Of a stretch of DNA of 64,000 bases, positions 53,769 through 64,000 are shown piece by piece (positions within the stretch are counted from its first letter, which is position 1; the number at the start of each line of letters is the position of its first letter). Source of the DNA: an uncultured Alphaproteobacteria bacterium (GTDB lineage: Bacteria; Pseudomonadota; Alphaproteobacteria; HIMB59; GCA-002718135); contig CACHSZ010000002.1 in NCBI GenBank assembly GCA_902582755.1, forward strand, positions 9,651-73,650, written 5' to 3'. Under the pieces are notes generated by a model. That model saw only the letters and a list, made by a program, of their open reading frames with translations. It had not been told where the DNA came from and did no database searches. The position numbers and the translations under genes are program-made.

Positions 53769-54347
53769 TTAATATTTGCCTCTTAATTTATTTCTTTGAT
53801 TTCTAATTTCAGATGATGAAATTTTAATTTCTTTATTTTGTATCAAAGTCCATGCAGGAATTTTTTTTGAAACCTGTTCTATGTCTTGAGCTATATATTT
53901 ATTGTGAATAAATTTTTTTGCTGCAACACTTTTCAAAGCGTTTGTATTATATCCATGTCTTCTAAAAATAACAATAGAGATAATATGAAAAATTGATTGC
54001 CATTTTTCCCATTCGTGGAAATTAACTAAATTGTCTGCACCCATTAACCAAAAAAATTTAATGTTTTTATAATATTGAATTAGAAATTTAATCGTTTGAT
54101 AAGAATATTGAGATTTAATTTTTTTTTCTACCTCTAATATTTTTATAGGAAAATTTTTTGTAATTTGTTTACAATTTTGTAATCTTTCTTCGTATGTTGC
54201 GGGTTTTGAAATCTTCAAAGGGTTCTGAGGCGTAACTAACCACCAAATTTCATCTAGCTGTAATACTTTTTTAGCTTCATTTGAAATAAATAGATGACCT
54301 CGATGTGGCGGATCAAAAGATCCTCCAAGAAGTCCGATTTTTTTCAA
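53769..54347 (-). CDS. nadD: nicotinate-nucleotide adenylyltransferase
   Basis: 192 aa. GLLGGSFDPPHRGH motif and the C-terminal ISSSEIR. Confidence 0.92.
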   Translation of the reverse strand: MKKIGLLGGSFDPPHRGHLFISNEAKKVLQLDEIWWLVTPQNPLKISKPATYEERLQNCKQITKNFPIKILEVEKKIKSQYSYQTIKFLIQYYKNIKFFWLMGADNLVNFHEWEKWQSIFHIISIVIFRRHGYNTNALKSVAAKKFIHNKYIAQDIEQVSKKIPAWTLIQNKEIKISSSEIRNQRNKLRGKY

Positions 54348-55597
54348 TTAAGGTCTTTCTTGACCATTACCATTTACCACATACTTAAATGTAGTTAAAT
54401 GTTTTGTTCCCACTGGTCCTCTTACATGTATTTTGTCAGTTGAGATTCCTATCTCAGCACCAAAACCAAATTCACCACCATCCGCAAATTGTGTAGATGC
54501 ATTTTTAAGTATTATTGCGCTATCAATTTTATTATAAAATTTTTCAAAGGTTTTTTCACTTTCAGTAATTATACTTTCAGTATGTCCAGAAGAATAATCA
54601 TTTATATGCTTAACCGCTTCATCAACTCCTGAAACAATTTTTACTGATAAAATTTTATCTAAATATTCTAATGACCAATCTTCTTCACTGGCAGTTTTAA
54701 AATTACTATCTAAAGACTGAATATATTCATCGCCTCGAATTTCACAATTTACTTCTTTTAGAGGTTTTAATATTTTCATTGCTTCATCTTTAATTTTTTC
54801 ATCAATTAAAAGTGTTTCTGCAGCACCACAAATTTCAGGACGCCTCATTTTACTATTAAAAACCACTTTTTCTGCAATGCTTAAATCAGCGTCTTTATCT
54901 ACATACACATGACAGATACCGTCTAAATGTTTGATAACGGGAATTTTGCTTGCAGAATTAATTTTTTCAATCAAACCTTTGCCACCTCTAGGAATAATTA
55001 CATCAACATAATCTCTCATACTAAGTAAATGATCAACCGCTTCTCGTTCAGGTGTATTAATCATTTGGACACAATGTTCAGGGAGACCAGCTTCCGAGAA
55101 AGCATGTGTAATATTATTAACTAATTCCTTAGAGGAATGAAAGCTATCACTACCACCTCTTAAAATTATACAATTGCCAGATTTTATGGAAAGACAAGAC
55201 GCATCAACAGTTACGTTTGGTCTGGATTCATAAATCACACCTAATACTCCAAGTGGTGTTGAAATTTTACGAAACTGCAAACCATTAGGTCTTTCCCATT
55301 TTTCTAATGTAATACCAATTGGATCTGGTATTTCAATTATATCTTCAATTGATGTAATTAATCCATCAATAGATTTTTCAGTTAATGTAAGTCTATTTAT
55401 TAAAGGTCTAGCTAAAGATTTTTTTTCACCATTTTCTAAATCTATTTTATTTGCTTCAAGAATTTTATTTCTGTTTTTATCTAAATTTTTAGTGAGTTTT
55501 GTTAAAGCAAGATTTTTTTGATCACTACCACAGACTTTCATATTTAGAGAGGCAGATTTTGCTCTTTTTCCTAATTCAATAATATTATTTTCAATAC

Positions 55598-55601
<4 letters not shown>
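54348..55601 (-). CDS. proA: gamma-glutamyl phosphate reductase
   Basis: 417 aa. GVIYESRPNVTVD, HLDGICHVYVD and HTESIIT motifs. Confidence 0.95.
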
Positions 55602-57710
<2,109 letters not shown>

Positions 57711-57968
57711 TTATTGTTCTGTGGGAACAACTGATACAAAAGTTCTTACTCTTGTTTTTTTAAAAGCTACTTTTCCATTTTTTGTAGCAAATATTGTGTG
57801 ATCTTTACCTATGCCAACATTATCACCTGGATGAAACTTTGTACCTCGTTGCCTAATAATAATATTTCCTGCCATTACGTTTTCACCGCCAAATTTTTTA
57901 ACTCCAAGTCTTCGACCCGCCGAGTCTCTTCCATTCCTAGAACTACCACCTGCTTTTTTCGTTGCCAT
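57711..57968 (-). CDS. rpmA: 50S ribosomal protein L27
   Basis: 85 aa. [25 protein letters not shown]...[15 protein letters not shown]. Confidence 0.97.
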   Translation of the reverse strand: MATKKAGGSSRNGRDSAGRRLGVKKFGGENVMAGNIIIRQRGTKFHPGDNVGIGKDHTIFATKNGKVAFKKTRVRTFVSVVPTEQ

Positions 57969-58489
57969 TATTTATCTTCTTTTTTAGTTTTAACAGTTTT
58001 TTTAACAGTTTTCTTTACTGATTTTTTCTTAGTAGGTGAAGCTTTATTTATTGCCTTTTTTGCAACTGTCTTCTTTTTTGCAACTTTAACCTCTTTAGAT
58101 TCACTTTTTTCTTTAGGAGCTTTAGTTTCAGTTTTTTTAACTTTTTTTGTTTCAGGTTCAGCAGTGGACTTTTTTCCACCATAAGAAATTGATTCTATTC
58201 TTAACACAGTTAGATATTGTCTATGCCCTTGTGTTAGTCTGTAATTTTGTCTTTTTCTTTTTTTAAAAACTATTATTTTTTTATCTCTGATTTGATCAAC
58301 AATTTTTGCTTCAATTGAAGCATCTTTTAGTAATGGCTCGCCTAAGCTATTTGTGCTTTGATCACTGATCGCTAATACATCAGTAATAGAAACTTTATCA
58401 CCTTTGGATCCCTCAAGTTTTTCTACTTTAAGTATCTGACCAGCTCTTGCAGAGTATTGCTTTCCACCAGTTTTGAAAATTGCTAACAT
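57968..58489 (-). CDS. rplU: 50S ribosomal protein L21 with about 70-aa Lys-rich C-terminal extension
   Basis: [12 protein letters not shown]....GQILKVEKL core, followed by a tail with [16 protein letters not shown]-type repeats. Confidence 0.95.
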   Translation of the reverse strand: MLAIFKTGGKQYSARAGQILKVEKLEGSKGDKVSITDVLAISDQSTNSLGEPLLKDASIEAKIVDQIRDKKIIVFKKRKRQNYRLTQGHRQYLTVLRIESISYGGKKSTAEPETKKVKKTETKAPKEKSESKEVKVAKKKTVAKKAINKASPTKKKSVKKTVKKTVKTKKEDK

Positions 58490-58506
58490 ATCTTTTGATG
58501 GCGGGG

Positions 58507-58533
58507 TTTATAGTGAACTATGTGAATAGTCAA
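58507..58533 (-). promoter_or_regulatory. possible sigma70-like promoter for rplU-rpmA-obg
   Basis: The minus strand reads TTGACT (58533-58528), a 15-nt spacer, then TATAAA (58512-58507). The spacer is short, and such matches occur by chance in AT-rich DNA. Confidence 0.2.
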
Positions 58534-58569
58534 ATTAAAAATATGACGTAAATACTGGAAATAAAGACC

Positions 58570-59322
58570 TTAAAAGCTATCCTTTGCTTTTCGCAAATAA
58601 GCAAACAATTCAAAATCTGTAAAACCAAGCTCTCTCTTAATTATAGTACCTAATTTTGAATTTTGATTCAGGAATAAGTTATATTGTTTTTCATCCTCTA
58701 ATAAAAAAGGTACGGATTTTCCTTTATTATTTAAATCATCATTAATTTTGTTTCTAACTGTCAAATAAGCACTTTCTTTTTTGAGTGTTTTCTCAAGAAA
58801 ATTTAAATTGCTTATTGTATATTCATGACCACAATAAATAATTGTATTTTTATCTAACTCTTTGATTTTTTGTAAACTATTAAACATTTCATTTAATGTT
58901 CCTTCAAATACACGACCACAACCAAGTCTGAACAGTGTATCACCGCAAAATAAGACACCATTGTTTTCATCATAGTAAATTATATGATCTAATGTATGCC
59001 CGGGTGTTTTTATTATTCTAAATGTATTTAAGCAGGAGTTGACTTCATCTCCATCACGTAAAACGAATCTTGTATTTTCAATCTGAGCACTTGGAGAGTG
59101 TATATTAACTTCTGGAAAAGCATTAAGTATTCCTTTTACACCTGATGTGTGATCTTTATGATGATGTGTAATAAATATATCTTCTATGGTTAAGTTGTTT
59201 TTAAGAGCAAAATTTAATATAGGATTACTATCAGCAGGATCTATAATACAGCTCTTAAGCGTGTCATTATATAAAACAAAACAATAGTTATCTTTTAACT
59301 GATTTAAAATTTCAACTTTCAT
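58570..59322 (-). CDS. gloB: hydroxyacylglutathione hydrolase (glyoxalase II, metallo-beta-lactamase fold)
   Basis: MKVEILNQLKDNYCFVLY start (ATG at 59322 avoids overlap with metW), THHHKDH zinc motif, GHT.DH and CGHEYT. Confidence 0.88.
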   Translation of the reverse strand: MKVEILNQLKDNYCFVLYNDTLKSCIIDPADSNPILNFALKNNLTIEDIFITHHHKDHTSGVKGILNAFPEVNIHSPSAQIENTRFVLRDGDEVNSCLNTFRIIKTPGHTLDHIIYYDENNGVLFCGDTLFRLGCGRVFEGTLNEMFNSLQKIKELDKNTIIYCGHEYTISNLNFLEKTLKKESAYLTVRNKINDDLNNKGKSVPFLLEDEKQYNLFLNQNSKLGTIIKRELGFTDFELFAYLRKAKDSF

Positions 59323-59329
59323 CCAATAA

Positions 59330-60013
59330 CTAATTTGCAATAACAGAATTTTTTGCAAAAACTTTTTTTGATGATTTAATTTTTATTGGTTCAAAACTTT
59401 TATAACTTAATAAAAAGATAGCTTCGTGAGTGAAAAAATTAACTCCAGTAACTGATTCACTTATATCAAATTGCTTACCTTTTGATGTTAATCCTATACT
59501 TTTTTCGATCACAATATTCATTTCATTACACAAATTCAAAAAATCCTTAATTGTAAAAAAATGAATGTTAGGTGTGTCATACCATGTATAAGGTAAACTT
59601 TCTGTTACTGGCATTTTTCCAGATATTAAAAGCTGTAATCTTATTTTCCAATGTCCAAAGTTAGGAAAAGAAACTATTGCTTTTGATCCTATTCTTAACA
59701 ATTCAGACAGAATATCTTTGGGTTTCATCATTGCTTGTAAAGTTTGACTTAAAATTACATAATCAAAACTATTATTTGAATATTGGGACAAATCTAATTC
59801 GGCATTTCCATGTACAACATTAAAACCTCTTGCGATAGCATTTGCAGCTAGATCTCTATTTAATTCAATGCCATGAGTTATCGCATTACGATTATTTTCT
59901 AATTGTTCCATAAGACCGCCATCACCACATCCAATATCTAGGATTTTTCTATCTTGTGCGATAAGTGTTTCAATAAGAGACCAATCTTTTCTTATACTAT
60001 TAATTTTATTCAT
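59330..60013 (-). CDS. metW: methionine biosynthesis protein MetW
   Basis: 227 aa. SAM-methyltransferase-like ILDIGCGDGGL and its position overlapping the metX 3' end by 8 nt. Confidence 0.88.
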   Translation of the reverse strand: MNKINSIRKDWSLIETLIAQDRKILDIGCGDGGLMEQLENNRNAITHGIELNRDLAANAIARGFNVVHGNAELDLSQYSNNSFDYVILSQTLQAMMKPKDILSELLRIGSKAIVSFPNFGHWKIRLQLLISGKMPVTESLPYTWYDTPNIHFFTIKDFLNLCNEMNIVIEKSIGLTSKGKQFDISESVTGVNFFTHEAIFLLSYKSFEPIKIKSSKKVFAKNSVIAN

Positions 60014-61154
60014 CTATCTTCGCAAAGTTGTTTGTTAGGAAACCTTTTATTACATCATCTAACTGTGGTTCCTCTAATAAAAAACTATCATGTCCTTTAT
60101 CAGTATCAATTTCTAGAAAGCTTACTTCTCTTGATAGAGAATTTAATTGATTTACAATCATCTTGCTTTCTATTGTAGGGAATAACCAATCCGAGGTAAA
60201 TGAGACAATTAAATATTTTATGTGGTTATTTGGATTATGACTAAACTCAATATTTTTTTTAAATGTTTCATCATGATCAAAATAATCCATAGCCCTTGTT
60301 AAATAAAGATATGAATTTGCATCAAATCTCTCAACAAATGATTTACCTTGATATCTCAGATAACTCTCAACTTGAAAATCAGCATCAAATCCAAAAGAAA
60401 TAATATCTCTTGATTGAAGTTTTCTTCCAAATTTTCTATGCATTGCATCTTCAGATAAATATGTGATATGTGCAATCATTCTTGCTACTGATAGACCTCT
60501 TTCTGGCACTTCATTATTTTCAAAATACTTTCCATTTTTCCAAATAGGATCACTCATTATTGCCTGTCGCCCAACTTCATGAAATGCAATATTTTGAGCC
60601 GAATGTTTTAAAGCGCCTGCAATATGTATTATATTTAAAATTTTATCTGGAAAATCGATTGCCCATTGAAGTGCTTGCATTGCTCCCATCGAACCGCCAA
60701 TGACAGAAAATAACTTCTCTATATTTAAACTTTCAATCAATAAACATTGAGCCTTCACCATATCTTTTATTGTTACGGAAGGAAAATTACCACCATATGC
60801 AACATCACTGCCATTTTGTAACTCTTTAGGACCAGTTGAGCCAGCACAACCACCTAGCACATTTGAACAAATTACAAAAAATTTGTTTGTATCAATTGGT
60901 TTATTAGGTCCAACCATTCTAGACCACCAACCTTCTCTCCCAGTAATGGGATTATTGCCAGCAACATATTGATCTCCAGTTAAAGCATGGCAAACAAGAA
61001 TAGCATTAGTTTTATCAGTATTTAATTTTCCATATGTTTTGAATGCTAGTTTAAAACTATCTATTATATCTCCTGATTCTAGTTTTAAATTAATATTCTC
61101 GAAATAGGCTATTTCGCTTTCAAGTTTTGTGTCAGTAGTAAATTTTGTATTCAT
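60006..61154 (-). CDS. metX: homoserine O-acetyltransferase
   Basis: 382 aa. NAILVCHALTGD, the GGSMGAMQALQW nucleophile elbow and a C-terminal GHDSFL. Confidence 0.95.
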   Translation of the reverse strand: MNTKFTTDTKLESEIAYFENINLKLESGDIIDSFKLAFKTYGKLNTDKTNAILVCHALTGDQYVAGNNPITGREGWWSRMVGPNKPIDTNKFFVICSNVLGGCAGSTGPKELQNGSDVAYGGNFPSVTIKDMVKAQCLLIESLNIEKLFSVIGGSMGAMQALQWAIDFPDKILNIIHIAGALKHSAQNIAFHEVGRQAIMSDPIWKNGKYFENNEVPERGLSVARMIAHITYLSEDAMHRKFGRKLQSRDIISFGFDADFQVESYLRYQGKSFVERFDANSYLYLTRAMDYFDHDETFKKNIEFSHNPNNHIKYLIVSFTSDWLFPTIESKMIVNQLNSLSREVSFLEIDTDKGHDSFLLEEPQLDDVIKGFLTNNFAKIDE

Positions 61155-61199
61155 ATCTTTTTAGTCTAACACTATTTGAAAGAATGAAGGAGGAGTGTA

Positions 61200-61250
61200 A
61201 ACGCTTTAGCTGATTATTGCTCCACCCGCAAGCTGTCTCAAATCGGTGAT
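61200..61250 (-). promoter_or_regulatory. SAM-II-type riboswitch in the metX-metW leader
   Basis: The minus-strand RNA is AUCACCGAUUUGAGACAGCUUGCGGGUGGAGCAAUAAUCAGCUAAAGCG. It has the SAM-II hallmarks CGAUUU, GCUUGC and a 3' AGCUAAAGC able to pseudoknot with the GCUU loop. It lies about 50-95 nt upstream of the metX ATG. Confidence 0.75.
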
Positions 61251-61351
61251 AATCTGCCTTATATTTATATATCTTTCTAAGTCAATAAATCGTCATTTTT
61301 TAAATTAAATACTACTTTATTTTGATTTATCGTAAGATAGTTTGTAAAGAA

Positions 61352-62713
61352 ATGTCCAAAATTATGAAAAATAAAGAATTAGACAATTTAAGAAACAAAA
61401 TTAATAATATTGATGATGAAATTTTATCTTTATTATCTAATCGATCTAAAATTGTTTTAGAAATAGGAAAACACAAAAAAGATAATACAGTTGTTGATCT
61501 AGATAGAGAACAAAAAATCCTCGACAGATTAAGCTCTAAATTTACAGGATCTTATCCGAAAGATACTATTGTTAGACTTTGGAGAGAAATTTTTCAATCT
61601 TCTGAAAAACTTCAAAAGTTAACTAAAGAAAATATTCAATCAAAAAGATCTATAGAAAACATTAATGTTTATAAAGGTGGAAAGGCAAAGTTAAATAACA
61701 ATAAAAGAGTTATCAAACTTTCTTCAAATGAAAATCCCTATGGTGCTTCACCAAAAGCAATTGAATTGTTAGAAACAAAAAACATTAATCATGATTTACA
61801 CAGATACCCAGAAATTGATGGATCATCATTAAGAGAAGCAATAGCTAAAAATTTTTCTATTGATAGTAATAGAATTATTCTTGGCTCTGGCTCAGATGAA
61901 GTTTTATTATTTGCAGCTTTGGCATTTTGTCAAGATGGCGATGAAATTCTCCACGCAAACCACGGTTTTGAGATGTATTCAATTGTGAGTAAAGTAGTTG
62001 GTGCAGTTCCAAAAAAAATTAATGAAGATGTAAATTTCAATTTAAATATTGAAAATCTCATAGATCAAACGAATGATGCTACTAAAGTAATTTATATTGC
62101 ATCACCTAATAATCCAACCGGAACTTATTTGTCTAGAGACCAACTTGTTAAATTAATGAATAGTATTTCTAAAAATATTATAGTTGTTATAGACGGGGCA
62201 TATGTCGAATATGTGCAAAAAGAAGATTATGATAAAGGATTTAGTTTAACGGATGAATATGAGAATATTATTTTAACAAGAACATTTTCAAAAACATATG
62301 GACTCGCAGCTTTAAGAGTGGGTTGGTGTTATACCAGTCAAAAAATTGCTGATATAATTAATAAAATAAAACCTCCTTTTAATACTACAACTATTTCACA
62401 GTCTCTTGCAATTAAAGCTTTGGAGGATAAAGAACATATTGAAAACTCTGTAAAATTAAATTCTGAAATTAAAGATTGGTTTGAAAAAGAGCTCAAAATT
62501 CTAAATATTAAAACCAGACAAACTGAAGGTAATTTTACTTTAATTGAAACTTCAGAAGAAGAAGCTGAAAAAATTAGTAATCATCTTATGAATGATGGCA
62601 TTATTATAAGGCGTTTAAATAGTTATAATCTGCCCAATTTTTTGAGAATTAGTATTGGTACAAAAGAAGAAATGAATTTGACAGTTGAAAGTTTGAAGAA
62701 ATTTAATGTCTAA
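61352..62713 (+). CDS. fusion protein: chorismate mutase domain plus HisC-family (histidinol-phosphate/aromatic) aminotransferase
   Basis: The N-terminal about 85 aa (LDNLRNKINNIDDEILSLLSNRSKIVLEIGKHKK...DREQKIL) look like an AroQ chorismate mutase. The rest has KLSSNENPYG and the class-II aminotransferase Lys context (TRTFSKTYGLAALRVGW). ATG at 61352 is preferred over TTG at 61322. Confidence 0.8.
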   Translation: MSKIMKNKELDNLRNKINNIDDEILSLLSNRSKIVLEIGKHKKDNTVVDLDREQKILDRLSSKFTGSYPKDTIVRLWREIFQSSEKLQKLTKENIQSKRSIENINVYKGGKAKLNNNKRVIKLSSNENPYGASPKAIELLETKNINHDLHRYPEIDGSSLREAIAKNFSIDSNRIILGSGSDEVLLFAALAFCQDGDEILHANHGFEMYSIVSKVVGAVPKKINEDVNFNLNIENLIDQTNDATKVIYIASPNNPTGTYLSRDQLVKLMNSISKNIIVVIDGAYVEYVQKEDYDKGFSLTDEYENIILTRTFSKTYGLAALRVGWCYTSQKIADIINKIKPPFNTTTISQSLAIKALEDKEHIENSVKLNSEIKDWFEKELKILNIKTRQTEGNFTLIETSEEEAEKISNHLMNDGIIIRRLNSYNLPNFLRISIGTKEEMNLTVESLKKFNV

Positions 62714-63617
62714 AACAACTTATGATTCAGCTCTGGTTATTGGTATGGGATTAATTGGATCATCTATCGCAAGGGCACTCAAGGAAAAACAATTATCAAA
62801 AAAAATTTTTGCTATTGATAAGGACAGTGAGGTAATAAGTATTTCAAAAAATTTAAATCTTGTGGATTCAATAGAGAGTGACTTAAATAAATATAATCAA
62901 CAATTTGATATTATTTTTATTTGTACGCCTTTGAGTTCATATAGAGATATATTTAAACAATTGAATAGCTATGTTAATGAAACAACACTAGTAACTGATG
63001 TTGGCTCAACAAAAGTAAGTGTTATAGAAGATTTTAAAGAATCAATTAATAATAAAAAAATTTTATTTGTTCCTGCTCACCCTATTGCTGGATTAGAGAA
63101 AAGTGGACCAGAATTTGGTTTCGCAAAACTGTTTGAGAATAGGTATTGTATTTTGACTCCAATAGAAACTCAGAGTGAAATAACAAGATCAATTTCAGAT
63201 ATTTGGGAGTCATTTGGAATGAATATAGAAATCATGGAACCTAAACGTCATGACAGAGTACTAGCTATGACATCTCACATTCCACAACTCATTGCGTATT
63301 CTGTCGTAGGAACTGCAACAGAGCTTGAATCTCAAATGAAAGATGAAGTAATTAAGTATTCAGCTGCAGGTTTTAGAGATTTCACAAGATTAGCAGGTAG
63401 TGATCCAGTAATGTGGCGTGATGTTTATGAAAAAAATAAAGAAGCCGTTTTAGAAATGCTTGGTCGTTTCAGTGAAGATCTACTTACTTATCAAAAAGCA
63501 ATAAGAAATAATGATTTAAAATATTTGGAAGAAAAATTTATAAAATCAAAAGAAATTAGAAAAATTATTGAAGAGATTGGTCAAGCAGGAACTTTTGATC
63601 CCACAGAAAAGAATTAG
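62706..63617 (+). CDS. tyrC: prephenate/arogenate dehydrogenase
   Basis: 303 aa. Rossmann motif VIGMGLIGSSIA, DVGSTK, AHPIAG and SH.PQL motifs. Confidence 0.88.
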   Translation: MSKTTYDSALVIGMGLIGSSIARALKEKQLSKKIFAIDKDSEVISISKNLNLVDSIESDLNKYNQQFDIIFICTPLSSYRDIFKQLNSYVNETTLVTDVGSTKVSVIEDFKESINNKKILFVPAHPIAGLEKSGPEFGFAKLFENRYCILTPIETQSEITRSISDIWESFGMNIEIMEPKRHDRVLAMTSHIPQLIAYSVVGTATELESQMKDEVIKYSAAGFRDFTRLAGSDPVMWRDVYEKNKEAVLEMLGRFSEDLLTYQKAIRNNDLKYLEEKFIKSKEIRKIIEEIGQAGTFDPTEKN

Positions 63618-64000
63618 TTATCCAATAATAAATTTGAAGCAGTTTCTATTCTATTTTGAACTTCGTTTAATAATATTTTTTTATCTAAACCCTCATCAAT
63701 TGTCGGTAAAAATTTTATAGTAATTAATCCTTTTTCTAATAGCCATGATTGTTTTGGCCAACATAAACCTGAATTTAAAGCTACAGGAAGGATTTTTCTT
63801 TTTGTATGATTATAAATTCCAATAAAACCTGTCTTATAATCAGGTTTACTACCAGGCAGCTTTCTTGTTCCTTCGGGGAAAATAATAATTGAAGATCCAA
63901 AAGATAATTTTGATTGAACTTTTTGCAACATATCTCTCATAGCTTTTGTTCCACCATTTCTATTAATCGCAACCATATTAGACTTGAACAAATATTGTCC
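63614..64000 (-). CDS. plsC: 1-acyl-sn-glycerol-3-phosphate acyltransferase, C-terminal part (gene continues beyond the window)
   Basis: The FPEGTR motif is present, but the upstream HxxxxD block is missing and the reading frame stays open to the window edge. Confidence 0.7.
   Translation of the reverse strand, partial: GQYLFKSNMVAINRNGGTKAMRDMLQKVQSKLSFGSSIIIFPEGTRKLPGSKPDYKTGFIGIYNHTKRKILPVALNSGLCWPKQSWLLEKGLITIKFLPTIDEGLDKKILLNEVQNRIETASNLLLDN

Noticed and set aside
61184-61213. Strong SD-like GAAGGAGGAG and a 9-codon plus-strand mini-ORF (MKEECKRFS) in the metX-upstream region
   Set aside because: It lies on the strand opposite the metX leader and overlaps the SAM-II aptamer. The purine tract is simply the complement of a pyrimidine tract in the leader RNA. 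The ORF is too short to support.

Overview
This is 64 kb of a very AT-rich (about 30% GC by eye), extremely compact alphaproteobacterial chromosome. Intergenic gaps are often 0-15 nt and many start/stop codons overlap (ATGA/TAATG). Alphaproteobacterial markers (GcrA, a SAM-II riboswitch on metX, an mdh-sucCDAB-lpd cluster) plus the streamlined architecture suggest a SAR11/Pelagibacterales-like marine genome. That assignment is inference, not a database hit.

The content is almost entirely core housekeeping:
- panB, dxs and pgk
- ftsY-mtaB-dapF
- an ffh-rpsP-rimM-trmD-rplS-leuCDB-asd same-strand array
- one tRNA-Arg
- mtnK, a nucleoside hydrolase and a sugar-type ABC importer (binding protein plus 2 permeases, no ATPase)
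- a TCA block, sdhCDAB-mdh-sucCDAB-lpdA
- priA and atpHAGDC
- rppH-ctpA-rsfS-nadD-proAB-obg-rpmA-rplU
- gloB and metXW
- a chorismate-mutase/aminotransferase fusion with tyrC

I found no CRISPR array, transposase, integrase, prophage, toxin-antitoxin or recognisable defence genes, and no convincing new multi-gene system.

The features worth a second look are small:
1. A GC-enriched multi-hairpin element (30857-30992) that I cannot assign to a known RNA family.
2. Charged low-complexity C-terminal tails on S16, L19 and L21. S16 carries a perfect 57-bp tandem repeat, and its repeat unit recurs in L19.
3. Two tightly packed small ORFs that are missing from the ORF track.
4. A stem-loop in front of the ffh ribosome-binding site.
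5. A possible methylthioribose/nucleoside scavenging neighbourhood.
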